Shown: piece after piece, positions 11,617 to 24,189 of the stretch
How positions within the stretch are numbered: the first letter of the stretch is position 1
Layout: every line of letters starts with the position of its first letter
Assembly (NCBI GenBank): GCA_043228905.1
Contig: JBHGNT010000001.1
Span: 11,904,001 to 11,968,000 of the forward strand
From: Azolla caroliniana
Taxonomy: Eukaryota; Plantae; Polypodiophyta
DNA length: 64,000 nucleotides
Direction of reading: 5' to 3'
Made by a program: the position numbers and the translations under genes
Notes under the pieces: generated by a model
Seen by the model: only the letters and a program-made list of their open reading frames with translations
The model's database searches: none
Told to the model about the DNA's origin: nothing

Positions 11617-14600
11617 TGTAAAAAGTAACGTGCGGAAGCAAGTATGAAGACCGAACAGAAGGAAGAAAACTCAAGTTTAATGGAGAGCTTGAGCTTACGC
11701 AATATACGCGGGAGAGACAGAGAGAGTGAGAGAGAGAAAACACAAGAACTATATTTAACAAAAGATCTTGATTCACTACTCTATACATGTGTGTGTTCCA
11801 TGAACACTTTTATACAAGTCCTCGAAGGACTGACCGTACTTCAATGCTCTTTAAGAGCTCCTACACTAACTCCCAAATATATTCCTCACGGAATATCTTT
11901 CCTAACGGCCTCCCGGTTTACGCACTCGGCCTAACCGATCAGTACCAACCGATCCGGTCCTCGGCTTCTTCAGCAGATTCGGCCAATGTTGAGCTTGTCT
12001 CTCAACACTCCCCCTCAAGCTCAACTCGAGGCTCTTCGGGATCCTCGGGCTCATAGCTCCGGTTCCTCCTGGCTTCACGCCTCACTCGTGCTCCTCGACC
12101 TATTCGACTCCGCGCGCTTCGACCCTTCCGGTCAGCTTGTCTGCTCATGCGGCCCTTATCAGCTCTTCTGCTGTTACGGTGTTGACGCTTCTCCTGTTGC
12201 CTTTTCTTTCGCTTGGGCCTCGGTTGATTCAGCGTATCTGAATCAAACATCTGAACTGACTCGGCTACCTCCGATCGGTTTTCGCTCCCGTCCGAGTTGG
12301 CTGTCTCCAACTCGTCTTCGGTCTTCTCGCCCTTGGTGGCGTCATCTTCCCCATGTGTGGTTGGCTTCGGCTCTCTCCTTCGGCTGCTCCCCTTCTGTCC
12401 GCTTTCGGACTTTTTTGCGGGTCCGCCCTCAGCTTCTTGAGCCGATCCGAAGTCGAACTCGACAACCGAGTCAACTGACTCGGTGTCGCGGCCTCCGCTC
12501 CTTTCCTGCTACTTTGCTTGGTCGTTCGGGACTGTTCTTCCCCTCAAGTTTGGCACGTCGAGGTGACGCAATCCGAGTGCACCGGAGAATTGCCGCAACT
12601 TGTCCAGACCAAGGGGCTTAGTGAAGATGTCGGCAGTCTGCCGATCCGTCGGAACGTACTGAAGTTCGACTTCACCGGAAAGGACACGCTCATGGACGAA
12701 ATGGTAGTGCACCTCAATGTGCTTGGTCCGTCAAGGAAAACGAGGTTTTTTGCGAGCTGGATGCTGCTGAGGTTGTCGCAGTAGATCGTCATCGGATCTG
12801 ACACCTCCTCTTGCAGGTCCTTAAGTAGCCGCTTCAACCATATGGCTTCGCATGTCGCGACAACCGCTCCTTGGTACTCAGCTTTGGTGCTCGACAGTGC
12901 AACTGTCGGCTGCTTCTTACTGCTCCACGCGATCGCGGCACTCCCGAGGGAGAACGCGTATCTGGATGTGGATCGGCGATCGGTGGCGTTGCCAACCCAA
13001 TCAACATCGGTGTAGCCGACTAACTACGCGGCTGCACCAGTCCGATATAGTAATCCCCGGTCCTTAGTGCCGTTGACATACCGAAGTATGCGTTGCGCAC
13101 ACTGAAGGTGCTCCTCGGTAGGTCGCGCCATGAACTAACTGATCACTCCGACCGGATAACTGAGGTCGAGTCGGGTGATGGTCAAGTATATGCGGCTTCC
13201 GACAATTTGTCGGAACCTCGTCGGGCCACATACCGTTCCCGTATCGGGATGAAGCTTGACGGTTCTGTCCAAAGGAGTCGAGACTGACTTACAGTCGGCC
13301 ATCCCGAATTTGAAGAGCATACTCAGCACGTAATGACGTTGGCTGATCAATATGCCTTCGGGGGTACGGATCACTTCGATCCCGAGGAAGTAATGAAGGT
13401 CCCCCAGATCCTTCATGTCGAACGATGCCGCAAGCTGGAGCTTCACGCAGTCGATTTCACGTAGGTCGGCGCCGGTGATGACCAAGTCATCAACATATAG
13501 TAAAATACTAACCGGTCCGAGTCGACCTTTCCGGATGAACAGGGAAGAGTCCGATTTTGACGTGACGAAGCCCATTCGACGCAGTTGTTGCGTGATCTTC
13601 GCGTTCTAGGCACACAAGGCTTGCTTCAGTCCGTAAAGGGACTTCTTCAGTCGGCATACTGCCGAGGAGTTCGTTCTAGAGTGAAATCCGGGGGGTTGTA
13701 CCATGTACACCTGTTCCTCAAGGTCACCTTGCAGGAACGCATTCTTTACATCCATCTGATGTAAGTGCCACCCCTTCACCGCAACTACTGCGAGCAAAAC
13801 ACGGACGGTCGTCATTTTTGCGACCAGCGCAAACATCTCATCATAGTCGATGCCGTGTTTTTGCGCGTAACCCTTTGCCACTAGCTGAGCCTTGTACCGA
13901 TTGGCCAAGCCATCGGTGTTGTACTTGACCTTGTACACCCACCTACACCCGATCGGTTTTACCCCTCTTGGTGCGTCAACCAGGTCCCAGGTCTCGTTCT
14001 CAGCCAATGCGTGCATCTCTTCCTCCATCGCGGCACGCCAATTTGCGTCTTTAGCCGCTTCTGCGTAGCTCTCCGGCTCACGCACTTCCGCTACACGGGT
14101 CATCTACGCATAATGATGCGCCATGTACTCGTTGTATCCGAACCGCAAAACGGGATTCTTCTGGTGGGTAGATCGGCGTAATCTCACATTAGCCGATGTC
14201 GAGGCCTTCTCGGTCGACGCGGTCTTAACCTTTAAAGACCCGTCACCGGTTCCCTCGGAGTCGGACTCGCGTTGGTCTGACTCGTTCCCATCCGTGCCGG
14301 AATCCGACACCTTTTTCTTCCCTTTCTCTTTGCGTGTAACCCGTCTCCTCGGCTTCCTGCGTGGGGAATGCACGGCCGAGTCTCCACTACTCGCCGGCTC
14401 TTCATCGGACTGGTCGTACCGACTCAGTCGTCCAATCGGTCCACTTAAACGGAGTGAAATCGGACTCTCTTCGCAGGCCTCGATTTCGTGCTCATCCGGA
14501 GGCATCTCGGCCTCACTGACCTCATCGTCAGAGCTCGGATTGGAGTCGGGGTTCGGAATCGGGGGCTGGTACCAGGACGCGGACTCGTCAAACACAACGT

Positions 14601-17305
14601 AGCGGCTAACACGCGCTTGTTTGGTGCGAGGGTTATAGCATTTATAACCCTTCTGCTCGTCCGAGTAACCGACCAAGATGCATTTCTCGGCCTTTGCGTC
14701 CATCTTCCTTCTTTTCTCCTTCGGTACATGCACATACGCAATGCTACCGAACACCCTCAAGTGTCACAAGTTCGGCTTCGTTCCGAAATACAGCTCGTGC
14801 GCCGACACTTTGTCTCCGATCCGGTTCTGAATGTATACCGCGGTCCTTACCGTCTCAGCCCAGTAGAACTTGGGCAAGCTCTTCTCCTCCAACATTGCCC
14901 GTGCCGCTTCCACAACTGACCGATTCTTCCTCTCGGCCACGCCGTTCTGCTTTGGCGTGTATCTACAACTGAATTCGCGCTGAATTCCCATTTGTTGTAG
15001 ATAACCGTTGAATTGACCAGAAAAGTACTCTTTCCCGCCATCCGACCGCAGGCACTTGATCTTTCATCCCGTTTCCATTTCCATGAACCCTTTCAGGTCC
15101 CGGAAACAGTCGAAGACTTCGCTCTTCGCTCTTCCTCTCAATGAGGTAGATCCACGTGTGCCGCGTGTGGTCGTCGATGAAGGAGACGAAATATCGGCTC
15201 CCGCCAAGACTAACGTTTTGTGCCGGCCCCCATACATCGGAGTGTATAAGGTCGAGCTTATTCCGGCTCCGGTTTTGCTCATTGGGGAAAGGAAGTCGGA
15301 GTTGCTTCCCGAGCTGGCAGGCTTCACAACTTTGTGCCTTTCGGCCACTAAATTTGGGCAATCCGAACACTACCTATTTCGATTGCAGATCTTGAAGCCG
15401 CTGGTAGTTGACGTAGTCTATCCGCACAAGTCGATGTCCGACTCGGTTTTTCTTCCCTTCGCGAACATTGCGGTGCCGCCGTCAGTGGAGTCGAGGATGA
15501 ACATCCTCCCGTCTCTGCGCCCTTGCGCAATCACACGGCCTTCTTCCTCAATGAAGCACCCGAGGTGTGTAAACCGAACCTCCATCCCTTGGTCGACGAT
15601 TTGTCCGACCGAGACCAAGTTCTTCCTGATTGTCGGAACGTGCAACACGTTCATGAGTTTCCCTTTCTGCCCGACATGGCTAAGGGGAACTTCTCCGACA
15701 TTCGCGATCGGATGCGAAGTGTCGTCTCCAGTTGCGACTACTCCAGGTTGTATCGGTTTTTCAAGGTACGAAAACCACTCCTTATGGCTCGTCATGTGGT
15801 TTGACGCGCCGGAGTCTACGTACCACACCTCGTCCGATCTCGGGGTGATCCGTTTCATTGACTTTGCTTCGTGTCTCGTCACGAAGGCAGACCCTTCTCT
15901 GGCTCTCTTGAAGTCTTCGGCGTAGTGTGATCGCTGCCGATTTCCCTTGTCGGTATGTCCGGAGCCGTTTCCGGAACCGATTCTCTCCGAATCGGCGCGC
16001 TTCTTCCAGCACTCACTTTCCCTGTGGCCTTTCTTGCCACAGTACCAGCACTCCGCGATGGCCTTCCCTTGCCGGTTCTCATCGCTTCGACTCCCCCTGT
16101 TTCCGGAGGGTCCGGAGTTGCTGTCGGCATCACTTCGGTGCCTTCTTCCTTGATCTCGTCGGCCGCCTCCATTGCGCGCCGACTCGCCTCCATGTCCACG
16201 GGGCCTATCTCCCTCCGTGTACAGCATTCTGTTGTCGGTGTGCGTGCTTGTAGACGCACCTGCGTGGTTCTCCTCTACCAGGAGCATTGACTGTAAGTCG
16301 AAAAAGGACGGCGTATTCTCCTGGGTACACACAGCCGTCCGGAACGCTCCGAAATTCGACACCAAACCTCTGAGACAGATCTGGACCATCTTGCTCTCCT
16401 CGATGTTCACCTCTATGGAGGTGAGGGAATCGCAGATATCCTTGATCTTCGAGGTATAGTCCGCCACCAACAAGTCGCGTTGTCGTAGGTTGCTCAACTC
16501 CTGTCGGAGCTGAAGCTTCTTGGTTGTGGTGCTCACGGCGAAGATCTTCTTCAGATTTTCCCACGCACCCTTCGGCATCTTTGCATCCCGAACATAGCTC
16601 AATAGTTGTTCGCCCACACACAACGCGAAGCAGTATAATACCCTACTCGCCGATTGCTCCCACGACGGGAAGTCTCTGTGTGTCGATTCGGGTGCCGCAT
16701 CATTAGCTCCTTCGACATAACTCCAGTAGTCGTGCCCGAGCAGGTACTGGTGCATCTTGTAAGACCAAGACGCGTAGTTGGTTCTGTTGAGCTTCCCTGT
16801 TGGAAGCGAGCTCGCCATGCCTCTATCCATCGTTCTTCTTGTTCTTCTTCGTCAAGCTATGTCGGCTGCAGAGAGGTTCTCAACCCTCGCGCTCTGATAC
16901 CATGTAAAAAGTAACGTGCGGAAGCAAGTATGAAGACCGAACAGAAGGAAGAAAACTTAGGTTTAATGGAGAGCTTGAGCTTACGCAGTATACGCGGGAG
17001 AGATAGAGAGAGTGAGAGAGAGAAAACACAAGAACTATATTTAACAAAAGATCTCGATTCACTACTCTATACATGTGTGTGTTCCATGAACACTTTTATA
17101 CAAGTCCTCGAAGGACTGACCGAAGTACTGACCGTACTTCAATGCTCTTTAAGAGCTCCTACACTAACTCCCAAATATATTCCTCACGGAATATCTTTCC
17201 TAACGGCCTCCCGGTTTACGCACTCGGCCTAACCGATCGGTCCCAACCGATCCAGTCCTCGGCTTGTTCAGCCGATCCGGCCGATGTTGAGCTTGTCTCT
17301 CAACA
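11617..17305 (-). mobile_element. Ty1/copia retrotransposon B (Ale-like), nested in the 5' LTR of gypsy A
   Basis: LTRs 11617-12007 and 16903-17305; perfect TSD AAGAG; iMet PBS TGGTATCAGAGC at 16891-16902 directly abutting the LTR; PPT at 12008-12016. Confidence 0.97.
12002..16830 (-). pseudogene. copia B gag-pol with C-terminal extension; several stops and frameshifts
   Basis: Gag CWYCGKKGHRESEC, protease WYVDSGAS, integrase (LIHSDVWGP, QNGVAER), RT ([15 protein letters not shown]), RNase H (ADIFTKPL), then a ~170-aa tail ending VELEGEC. Confidence 0.95.
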
Positions 17306-17614
17306 AAGAGATAGTAAGAAGAAGATATGAAACTCGTGAATCCCACGAGTATAATGTATTAATGGGTAATTAGATTGTAAGAGAGAATTAGATGGTAAAA
17401 TCGTGAATTCCACGAATATTTTGTATTAATCAATCCTTCTAAAAAAATCAACTATACATCTTTCTCTCTTCCTTATATAGTGTTGGAAGAGTCTAAGTTT
17501 ATCACATGCATGCATCCTGCTTTTCCTAACTTTAGTTTTCATGCACACTGCATGTGCATGATTAGCTTTACTTTAGTTTCATGCACACTGCATGTGCATG
17601 ATTAGCTTTACTTT

Positions 17615-17686
17615 AGTATGCTAGTATAGTGGTAAGGCTAGGGTTTGTCTACCTGGAGGTACAAGGTTTGAATCCTGCCCTATGCA
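17615..17686 (+). ncRNA. Second copy of the tRNA-like Pol III cassette (5' LTR of gypsy A)
   Basis: TAGTATAGTGG at 17622 and GGTTTGAATC at 17665 (CpG-decayed B box). Confidence 0.55.
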
Positions 17687-17795
17687 TGTAATAAATATTT
17701 TTAATATTTTATTTTTATTTATTATACGTACTCTAAATTAGATATAGTGTTTTACATATTTCACGTAGTGTGTGATTTACACTACGACAACACAG

Positions 17796-18518
17796 TGTCG
17801 CGTTGCTACGCGCGTGCGTGGCGAAGGGCGGGACCACGGGGGTCTTGGACTAAGGAGTAGAGGAGAAGGAATCGAACATGGAATGGAAGCTTTGCTCAAG
17901 AAGAAGAAGAATGAACAAGAGATTAGATCGAACAAGAGGAAGATGGAGACAAGATGATCAACAAGATATATTAAAACGAAATGAACGATTACAAAATGGT
18001 GGCCGCATAGGCTGCACCAAACGACTACTCGAAACCCTAACCGACGAAGATGAAGATAAAGATAAAGAAACCCTAACCCTAATCCTAACGCTCGACCTAT
18101 GTAGTATACCTCGCACACTCAAAATAGCCAACCCCCACAATGGTGCCTTCCCTCTCCTTTTATAGCACAAGGAGGGAAGACCGTTTACAAAAGTGAGACT
18201 AAAATATCCCCTTTCATTCAAAGGGGATATTTGCCTTGATTTGGGGGAGGGTGAGATTGATGGCCCCTTAACTCCCACCTCCACACAAACAACTAGGTAC
18301 CTATGTACCGCATAGTACCTCTCTCTCTCTCTCTCGCGTGGATGTGCGCACAAGACCACATCACCTTTATACCTTAGGGATCCTATGGGGCATTTCTAGC
18401 ACCATACACTTTACCCTTATTACTATTACAAATACATTATGTACGTGTGCAACGTTGCACATCGCTCTTTGGCTCTCGTTGCTCGGGTTTCCGCTTGTGG
18501 ACAAAAATCTTCACGACA
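17796..18518 (-). mobile_element. Solo LTR related to the gypsy F family
   Basis: Termini TGTCGCG..AAATCTTCACGACA shared with the LTR at 32366-33197; flanks ACAG/ACGG (near 4-bp TSD); orientation inferred by analogy with F. Confidence 0.75.
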
Positions 18519-19299
18519 ACGGTCTAAGCTTTTAAAGGAAGCTCTATTATTGCATTCGTTCTCTCTCTCTCTGTCTCTCTCTCAGAGACGCACTATGCAA
18601 GAATGATCAAGAGTTATTACTTTACAACACTAGGTTATTGCTTATATACTAAACCCTAACTCTTTAGACGAGTTCACACTAGGATACAAATTGGAAGGAG
18701 TCCGCCTTTTATGCCAACAAACTACCACGTAAAAGGACTACCCTTTCCTACATATACAAGTGTTTGGGCTTATCTCCTCCGTAAACATAGATTACAAAAC
18801 TAATCTAAATTTATGTTACAAGTCAGTCAACATATAGCCGAATCGGTAGAGACGGGGTCCAGGATGTGATGATACCGCACCTCAATATGCTTTGTCTTTG
18901 CGTGATAGACAGGATTGTTGATGAGTTGTATTCCATTCTGTGAGTTGCAATAGATAGTTGACGTTGGTTGGTCGATTCTACCTGTAGCTGAAAATCGCCA
19001 AACAATCCGTCCATCTAGCTCGCTTCCTTTGTTGCCTCCAATGTTGCTATGTACTCAGCCTCTGTGGTCGATAGAGCCATGCACTCTTGAAGTTTCAACC
19101 TCCATGATATCACACCGCCACCATATGTGAAGATGTAGCCTAGTAATGTCAACATCCGATTGTCCATATTTCCGGCATAGTCGGAGTCAGTGTAGCCTTC
19201 TACTTTGGTTGAGTTTGTCAAACCGAAAGTCAGTTGTGCATCCATGGTTCCTTTTAGATACCTAAGGATGTGCTTGACGACCTCCCAATGCTTCCGTCC

Positions 19300-19962
19300 T
19301 GTTGAAATTCCGCGCTCGGCCACAACCGAGGAACAGGATCAATTCACAGAAAACGGGAAATACAAGAATGCACGAAAAACAATAGAGAGAAGGGTACACT
19401 GGATGTTTTACGTGGAAAACCCTCAATGGGAAAAACCACGGGAGTGCAAGACTCCAACTATCACTATACGCGGGGAATGTACAATGGCGAGCTACAAGGC
19501 GACGACCTTGAGCTCGCTGTCCTCGCCACAGGCGGCGGTATTACACAGAGGCGTCGACCTCTTCCTTCCTCTCTCTCTCTCGGCTGCTCTCACTTCGCTC
19601 CCTCTTCGTGGAAAACAAGAAAAATGAGCAACAACAACCAAACTGTTTGCCCTAAGTCATATTTATACACATATGACTTTCAGGCTATTTACAAATATAG
19701 CCTCAAGGGCCCTTGGCAAACATATTCACAAATATGTCCCCGCATCCGGATCTCTCTCCGGGTACATACGTCATCCGGCTCCGTAACCGGGGTCTTCAGC
19801 ATCCGGCTCCGTAACCGGGGTCTTCATCATCCGGATCCGTAGCCGGGTACTCTTCATCCGGCTCCATGCCGGGTACTCTTCATCATACGGTTTCGTAACA
19901 GCCTCCGGGCTTGCCGTCATTCATCTCCGGACATCCCATCCGGAGAGACCGAAATCCCAACA
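19300..19962 (-). mobile_element. Solo LTR of a copia D-related family
   Basis: TGTTG..CAACA termini; perfect TSD CGTCC; reverse-complement similarity to the copia D LTR (ccctaagtcatatttata, CCGG-rich repeats). Confidence 0.93.
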
Positions 19963-21860
19963 CGTCCTGGGTTTGACATGTACCGGCTAACCATCCCTGC
20001 AACATAAGCTAGGTCAGATCGGGTCACCACTATTGCGTACATGATACTTCCTACGGTTGATATGTAGGGCATCTTTCCATTAAGCTCTCTCTCATTGTCC
20101 ATTGAAGGAGAGTCTCTGTCCGATAGTTGGATCGACGTTGGAAGCAGTGTTGGTGCTGGCTTCGCATTCTCCCTATTGAAGCACTTCAACACCTTTCGGA
20201 TATAGTTGGACTAGGAGAGTCGGAGAGTCTTGGTCGTCAACTTTCGCTCGATCCTCATGCCCAGTATGTGACGGGCTTGTCCGAATTCCTTCATCGCAAA
20301 CTTGTTATGAAGGCTCAACTTTAGCTTCCTTATTTCTGTTTGATTGCTACCTGCAATCAACATGTCGTCGACATATAGGATCAAGTAAATCCTAGAATCA
20401 TCGGCCAGTTGCCAAATGTACATGCATGGGTCAGAGTCTAATTGGCGGTATCCAAACTGCCTGATGTAGGAGTCAAACTTCTGGTACCACATTCTCGGCG
20501 CCTGTTTCAAGCCATAGAGACTTTTCTTTAGTCGACATATGAGGTGACATTCCTCCCCCGTCGCTGTGAAGCTTGTCGGTTGAGACATGTAGATGTCTTC
20601 TTCCAGATCTTCGTGTAGGAAGGCCTTCTTTACGTCCATCTACTCGAGCTCCAAGTCTTCTATCACTACAACTCCTAGTAGGAGTCTGAGGGTGGTCATC
20701 TTGACTACTGGTGAGAATATCTTGTCGTAGTTGACCCCATATTCTTGTTTGAACCCTTTCACGCCAAGCCAACCTTTGTACTTGGATTTCTCTGATTCCG
20801 ATACATATTTGTATCGGAAAACCCATTTGCAAGGTAGCGGTTTTCTTCCAGCTAGTAGTTCGACCAACTCCCATGTCTAATTTTTGTGATCGAGTCCATT
20901 TCGGATTTCATGGCTTGTAACCATGTTTCGGCGTCCGATGCAGCCATAGCTTCTTCATATGTGCTTGGTTTGCCTGCGTTGGTGTAATTGACATAGTCGA
21001 GGCTTGGTTGATAGAACTCTGTCGGCCTTCAAGCTCGTCCAGATCTCTTGAATGCCGAAATGAATGGTTCGGTTTCGTCGATCGTCTTTATTGGTCGATC
21101 GGCATTTGTTGAGCCAGCTGTATCAGGAGTCTTGTTAGATGACGCACCTCCAGATTGGGAGTTCAACGGTGTCATGTTGTTCTCCCTTGGGTACTCAGTC
21201 GACTCGAACCTATTTATCCCTTGAGTCATATCCAATGTTTAGCTCAATTGGACTCTGTCATTTCCGACTCTGGACGATTTGGCTTTATCTATAAAGACTT
21301 TCTTGTCTTTGAGTTCAACTCTTGAACCTGTTACCAATTCCGAGTTGGCTGATGTATTGTCGTTTTGCTCGAGTTCGTCGCATGGGATGTCAACTTGGTC
21401 CTTTTCTCCTTGGGGATGAACTCATAGGCTTCACATCCGAATATACAGAGCCTATCATAGGTCATCTTTTTGCCTGACCATAGCGCCTGTGGCACTTTGA
21501 GCCTTATTGCTCTCTATGGCGACAAGTTTATCAAGTAGACTGTTGTCTGCAATGCCTTGGCCCAGAATTCTAGCTTTAGTCTGGCTTGCTAGAGCATTGC
21601 TATCACCCTCTCCTGGATCGTTCGGTTGATCCATTTGCCACTCCATTCTACCTAAGTGTGTAAGGAACGGTCTTTTAATGTCAGATCCCTTTGTCGAACA
21701 GGTCCTGCTTGAAGGCTCTAGAGGTGTATTTGCCTCCATTGTCGGATCAGAGTGTCTTCACTCTATATCCCAACCGGTTCTCCACTTCAGATGTCCACCG
21801 AGTGAAGAGCTCGAGTGCTTTGTCTTTGGACATGATGGAGTAGGCCCAGACCTTCCGACC

Positions 21861-21929
21861 TTTTTTTGATGAACTTGTCGTAACTAACTACCCTCCTGCT
21901 TGGTATCCCCACCTGTCAACCACTTTTAC
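21861..21929 (-). mobile_element. ~70-bp 5'-truncated non-LTR (LINE/SINE) 3' tail inserted in a copia integrase
   Basis: Interrupts the conserved DDCT|RKVWA motif; the minus strand ends ..GTTCATCAAAAAAA, resembling plant L1 3' ends. No clear TSD. Confidence 0.55.
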
Positions 21930-24189
21930 TGTACAATCATCTACAAATGTGATGAAGTACCGAGAGCCTCCTAGTGATCGCTCTAGCATAGGCCCACATG
22001 TATCTGTGTGCATGAGCTCTAGGGTTTGGCGTATCATCTCATAGTGGAGAGAGTGCACACTTCGGGTCTGTTTCCCGTATCGACAATGCTCGCAGAACTC
22101 TGTCTTTGCTTGGAGTTTAGGGATGTAGCCAGCCGCCATTAGCCGATCGAGTCCGGCTTGAGACATATGGCCGAGTCGGCCATGCCATAAGTTTGGGTCG
22201 GTCTTTTCAGCTACATTCACGACCCCTTCTGGATTGATCGCCATCATTGGGTACAAGTTGTTGTACTTGTACCAGCTTCTAATATTCAGATTTCCACGGC
22301 GGATCATCCATGTTGACTCATTGCGAGTCGTTCGGTACCCGTCTTCGGCTAGCATGCCTATGGAAACCAGACTCCTTTTCAGATTGGGTATGTATCCGAC
22401 TTGGTGCAGGATTATTGTGTTGCCATTGGGCAATCGGATGGGAACCTCTCCAGTGTCTGCGATTCTACACTCTTGCCCGTTGCCTAGTCGTAATGTGCCA
22501 CTAGCATCGGCTAAATAGTTCGAAAACCATTTGATGTTTGGGGTCACGTGAAATGTAGCACTAGAATCCAATAGCCAGATGTGTGCATCTTGTGCATTAT
22601 AGAGGACTTCTCTGATAATTGAATCCTCTAAGGAGAAAATTTGTCCAGATCGGGTGTCAGTAACATTGATTTGATTGCCAACCGAAGAGTGGTCTGAGTC
22701 GGGTCGTCCTCGATTTCACTAAGATCTCCAACCACTCTCTTTCCTCTTGATCGACCAACAGTCGGGAACATTGTAGCCAGCTTTTCTACAATGTGTGGAG
22801 AATTCCCTTGATCAGCCCATTTTCAACTTCAATCATTGTCAGTCTCTCCTCATTCTTGATCGGTTTGTGTTCCGACCGGTTCTGCCATCTTGTTTTCTCA
22901 ATCGACTCGGTTGAGTGATGGTTTTTGTTGGTGATGGAATTTTTAGTTTGAAGGATGGCACCTTCTGTCATGGCTCACTGAAAACAACAAGTCATGACAC
23001 AAGGATATAACAATAATTTTAATAATAAACAATATACACCTCTAAACTAAGGTATAATAAACAATAATTAGTGAAAATCATACGTTTTTGTATAGAATCT
23101 TACATAAAAAACTTGAAGAAATAGACCAGAAAACAACAAAAAAATTGACCAAATCTGATCTATTGATCATGAAAAGCCCATTTTTCAACGGGAACTGCAT
23201 TGCATCGAGTTCCCGTTGAAAATGTTAAACCTCGATATGGAAGGAAAAGTTGAATAAAACAAAAAAGAATCTTTAAGGAATATTTTTGGAATCTAAAATT
23301 TTGGGTTAGAAAACATACCTGGCAATTTTCTTTCCCTTGTTCATGTTGATGTCGGAGATGTTGACTTGATCGGGGAGGCGAAAACTCGAGGATTTTGGTT
23401 GCTAAGCACTCTTGTGCTCCTGTGCTCTTCTTCTGCTTGGACATGATAATGAGAAATAGAAGACGACTTCCGTTTATATATTTTTTATTTTTTATTATCA
23501 AAAATATGTTTTTAAAAACTATTTTAAATTATTTTTTAAAAAATAAATAAATATGTTTTTGGACATGGTGCTTATTATAGAACCAAACTTGTGCCTATTT
23601 TGGACATTGTTGTTGTGACTTAGCCTTGAGCAAAATGTCCTGAAAGTCGAGTGAAAATTGTCTGTTTTTTATTGAGCATGTTATATTATCTCATAACTCG
23701 TTATTCTCAATCAAGGAATATAGCCATGTTAATAATAAAAGGTACCTGTTAAGACCAACAACGATCAAGAACAAAGCTCGACGTCAATATTTTCGATAGA
23801 GCCATTGAACTTAGGTAAAACAAGATATATTAAAGTAGATACAACTCATGTCAACTCTAGTTTATCGAATGGTAACGAAGACTGTGTCAATAAGCCTCTA
23901 AATTTTCAAAGAGTTCCTCGACAAGTGAGTGTTAAACGAAATAATTTGTTAAGGACCATCTAGCGACGAACAAGATACATTCTTGATTTCCAATATGCAA
24001 CTTGTTAAGGACCATCTAGCAGTGTCGTGTTCTCTGCAGGTGGAATATTACCTTTCACTTACTACGAAGAGTTGTTGAGTTGCTTTTAAATTTGCTTATA
24101 GCATCGGGAACATGAGGCTACAGAGAATTCAACATCGATTACATGCCTTTCAACAATACAGAATCTCCATGTAAGGGCCTGATTGGGTG

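Larger units (their letters stand above)
5208..17789 (-). mobile_element. Ty3/gypsy LTR retrotransposon A (non-chromovirus, tRNA-Trp primed), full length but mutated
   Basis: LTRs TGTC..CTACGACA at 5208-5899 and 11514-17789 (the latter split by copia B). PPT at 5900-5911, PBS at 11492-11509. Domain order gag-PR-RT-RH-INT. Flanks ACGT/ACAC are a possible decayed 4-bp TSD. Confidence 0.93.
18860..22790 (-). mobile_element. Degenerate Ty1/copia internal region (Tork-like), no own LTRs found
   Basis: RNase H (KTKHIEVRYH, ALSTTEAEY), RT ([21 protein letters not shown]), integrase, protease WLLDSSATFH and knuckle remnants. Confidence 0.9.

Noticed and set aside
12002-12310. env-like gene in copia B
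   Set aside because: No signal peptide or transmembrane segment; highly charged and in frame with pol.
18068-18088. Interstitial telomere
   Set aside because: Only about three imperfect units inside an LTR.
5147-18832. Older host LTR (5147-5207 plus 18519-~18832) split by A and the solo LTR
   Set aside because: Begins TGTCGTAGTG and looks LTR-like, but the right end and TSD could not be established.
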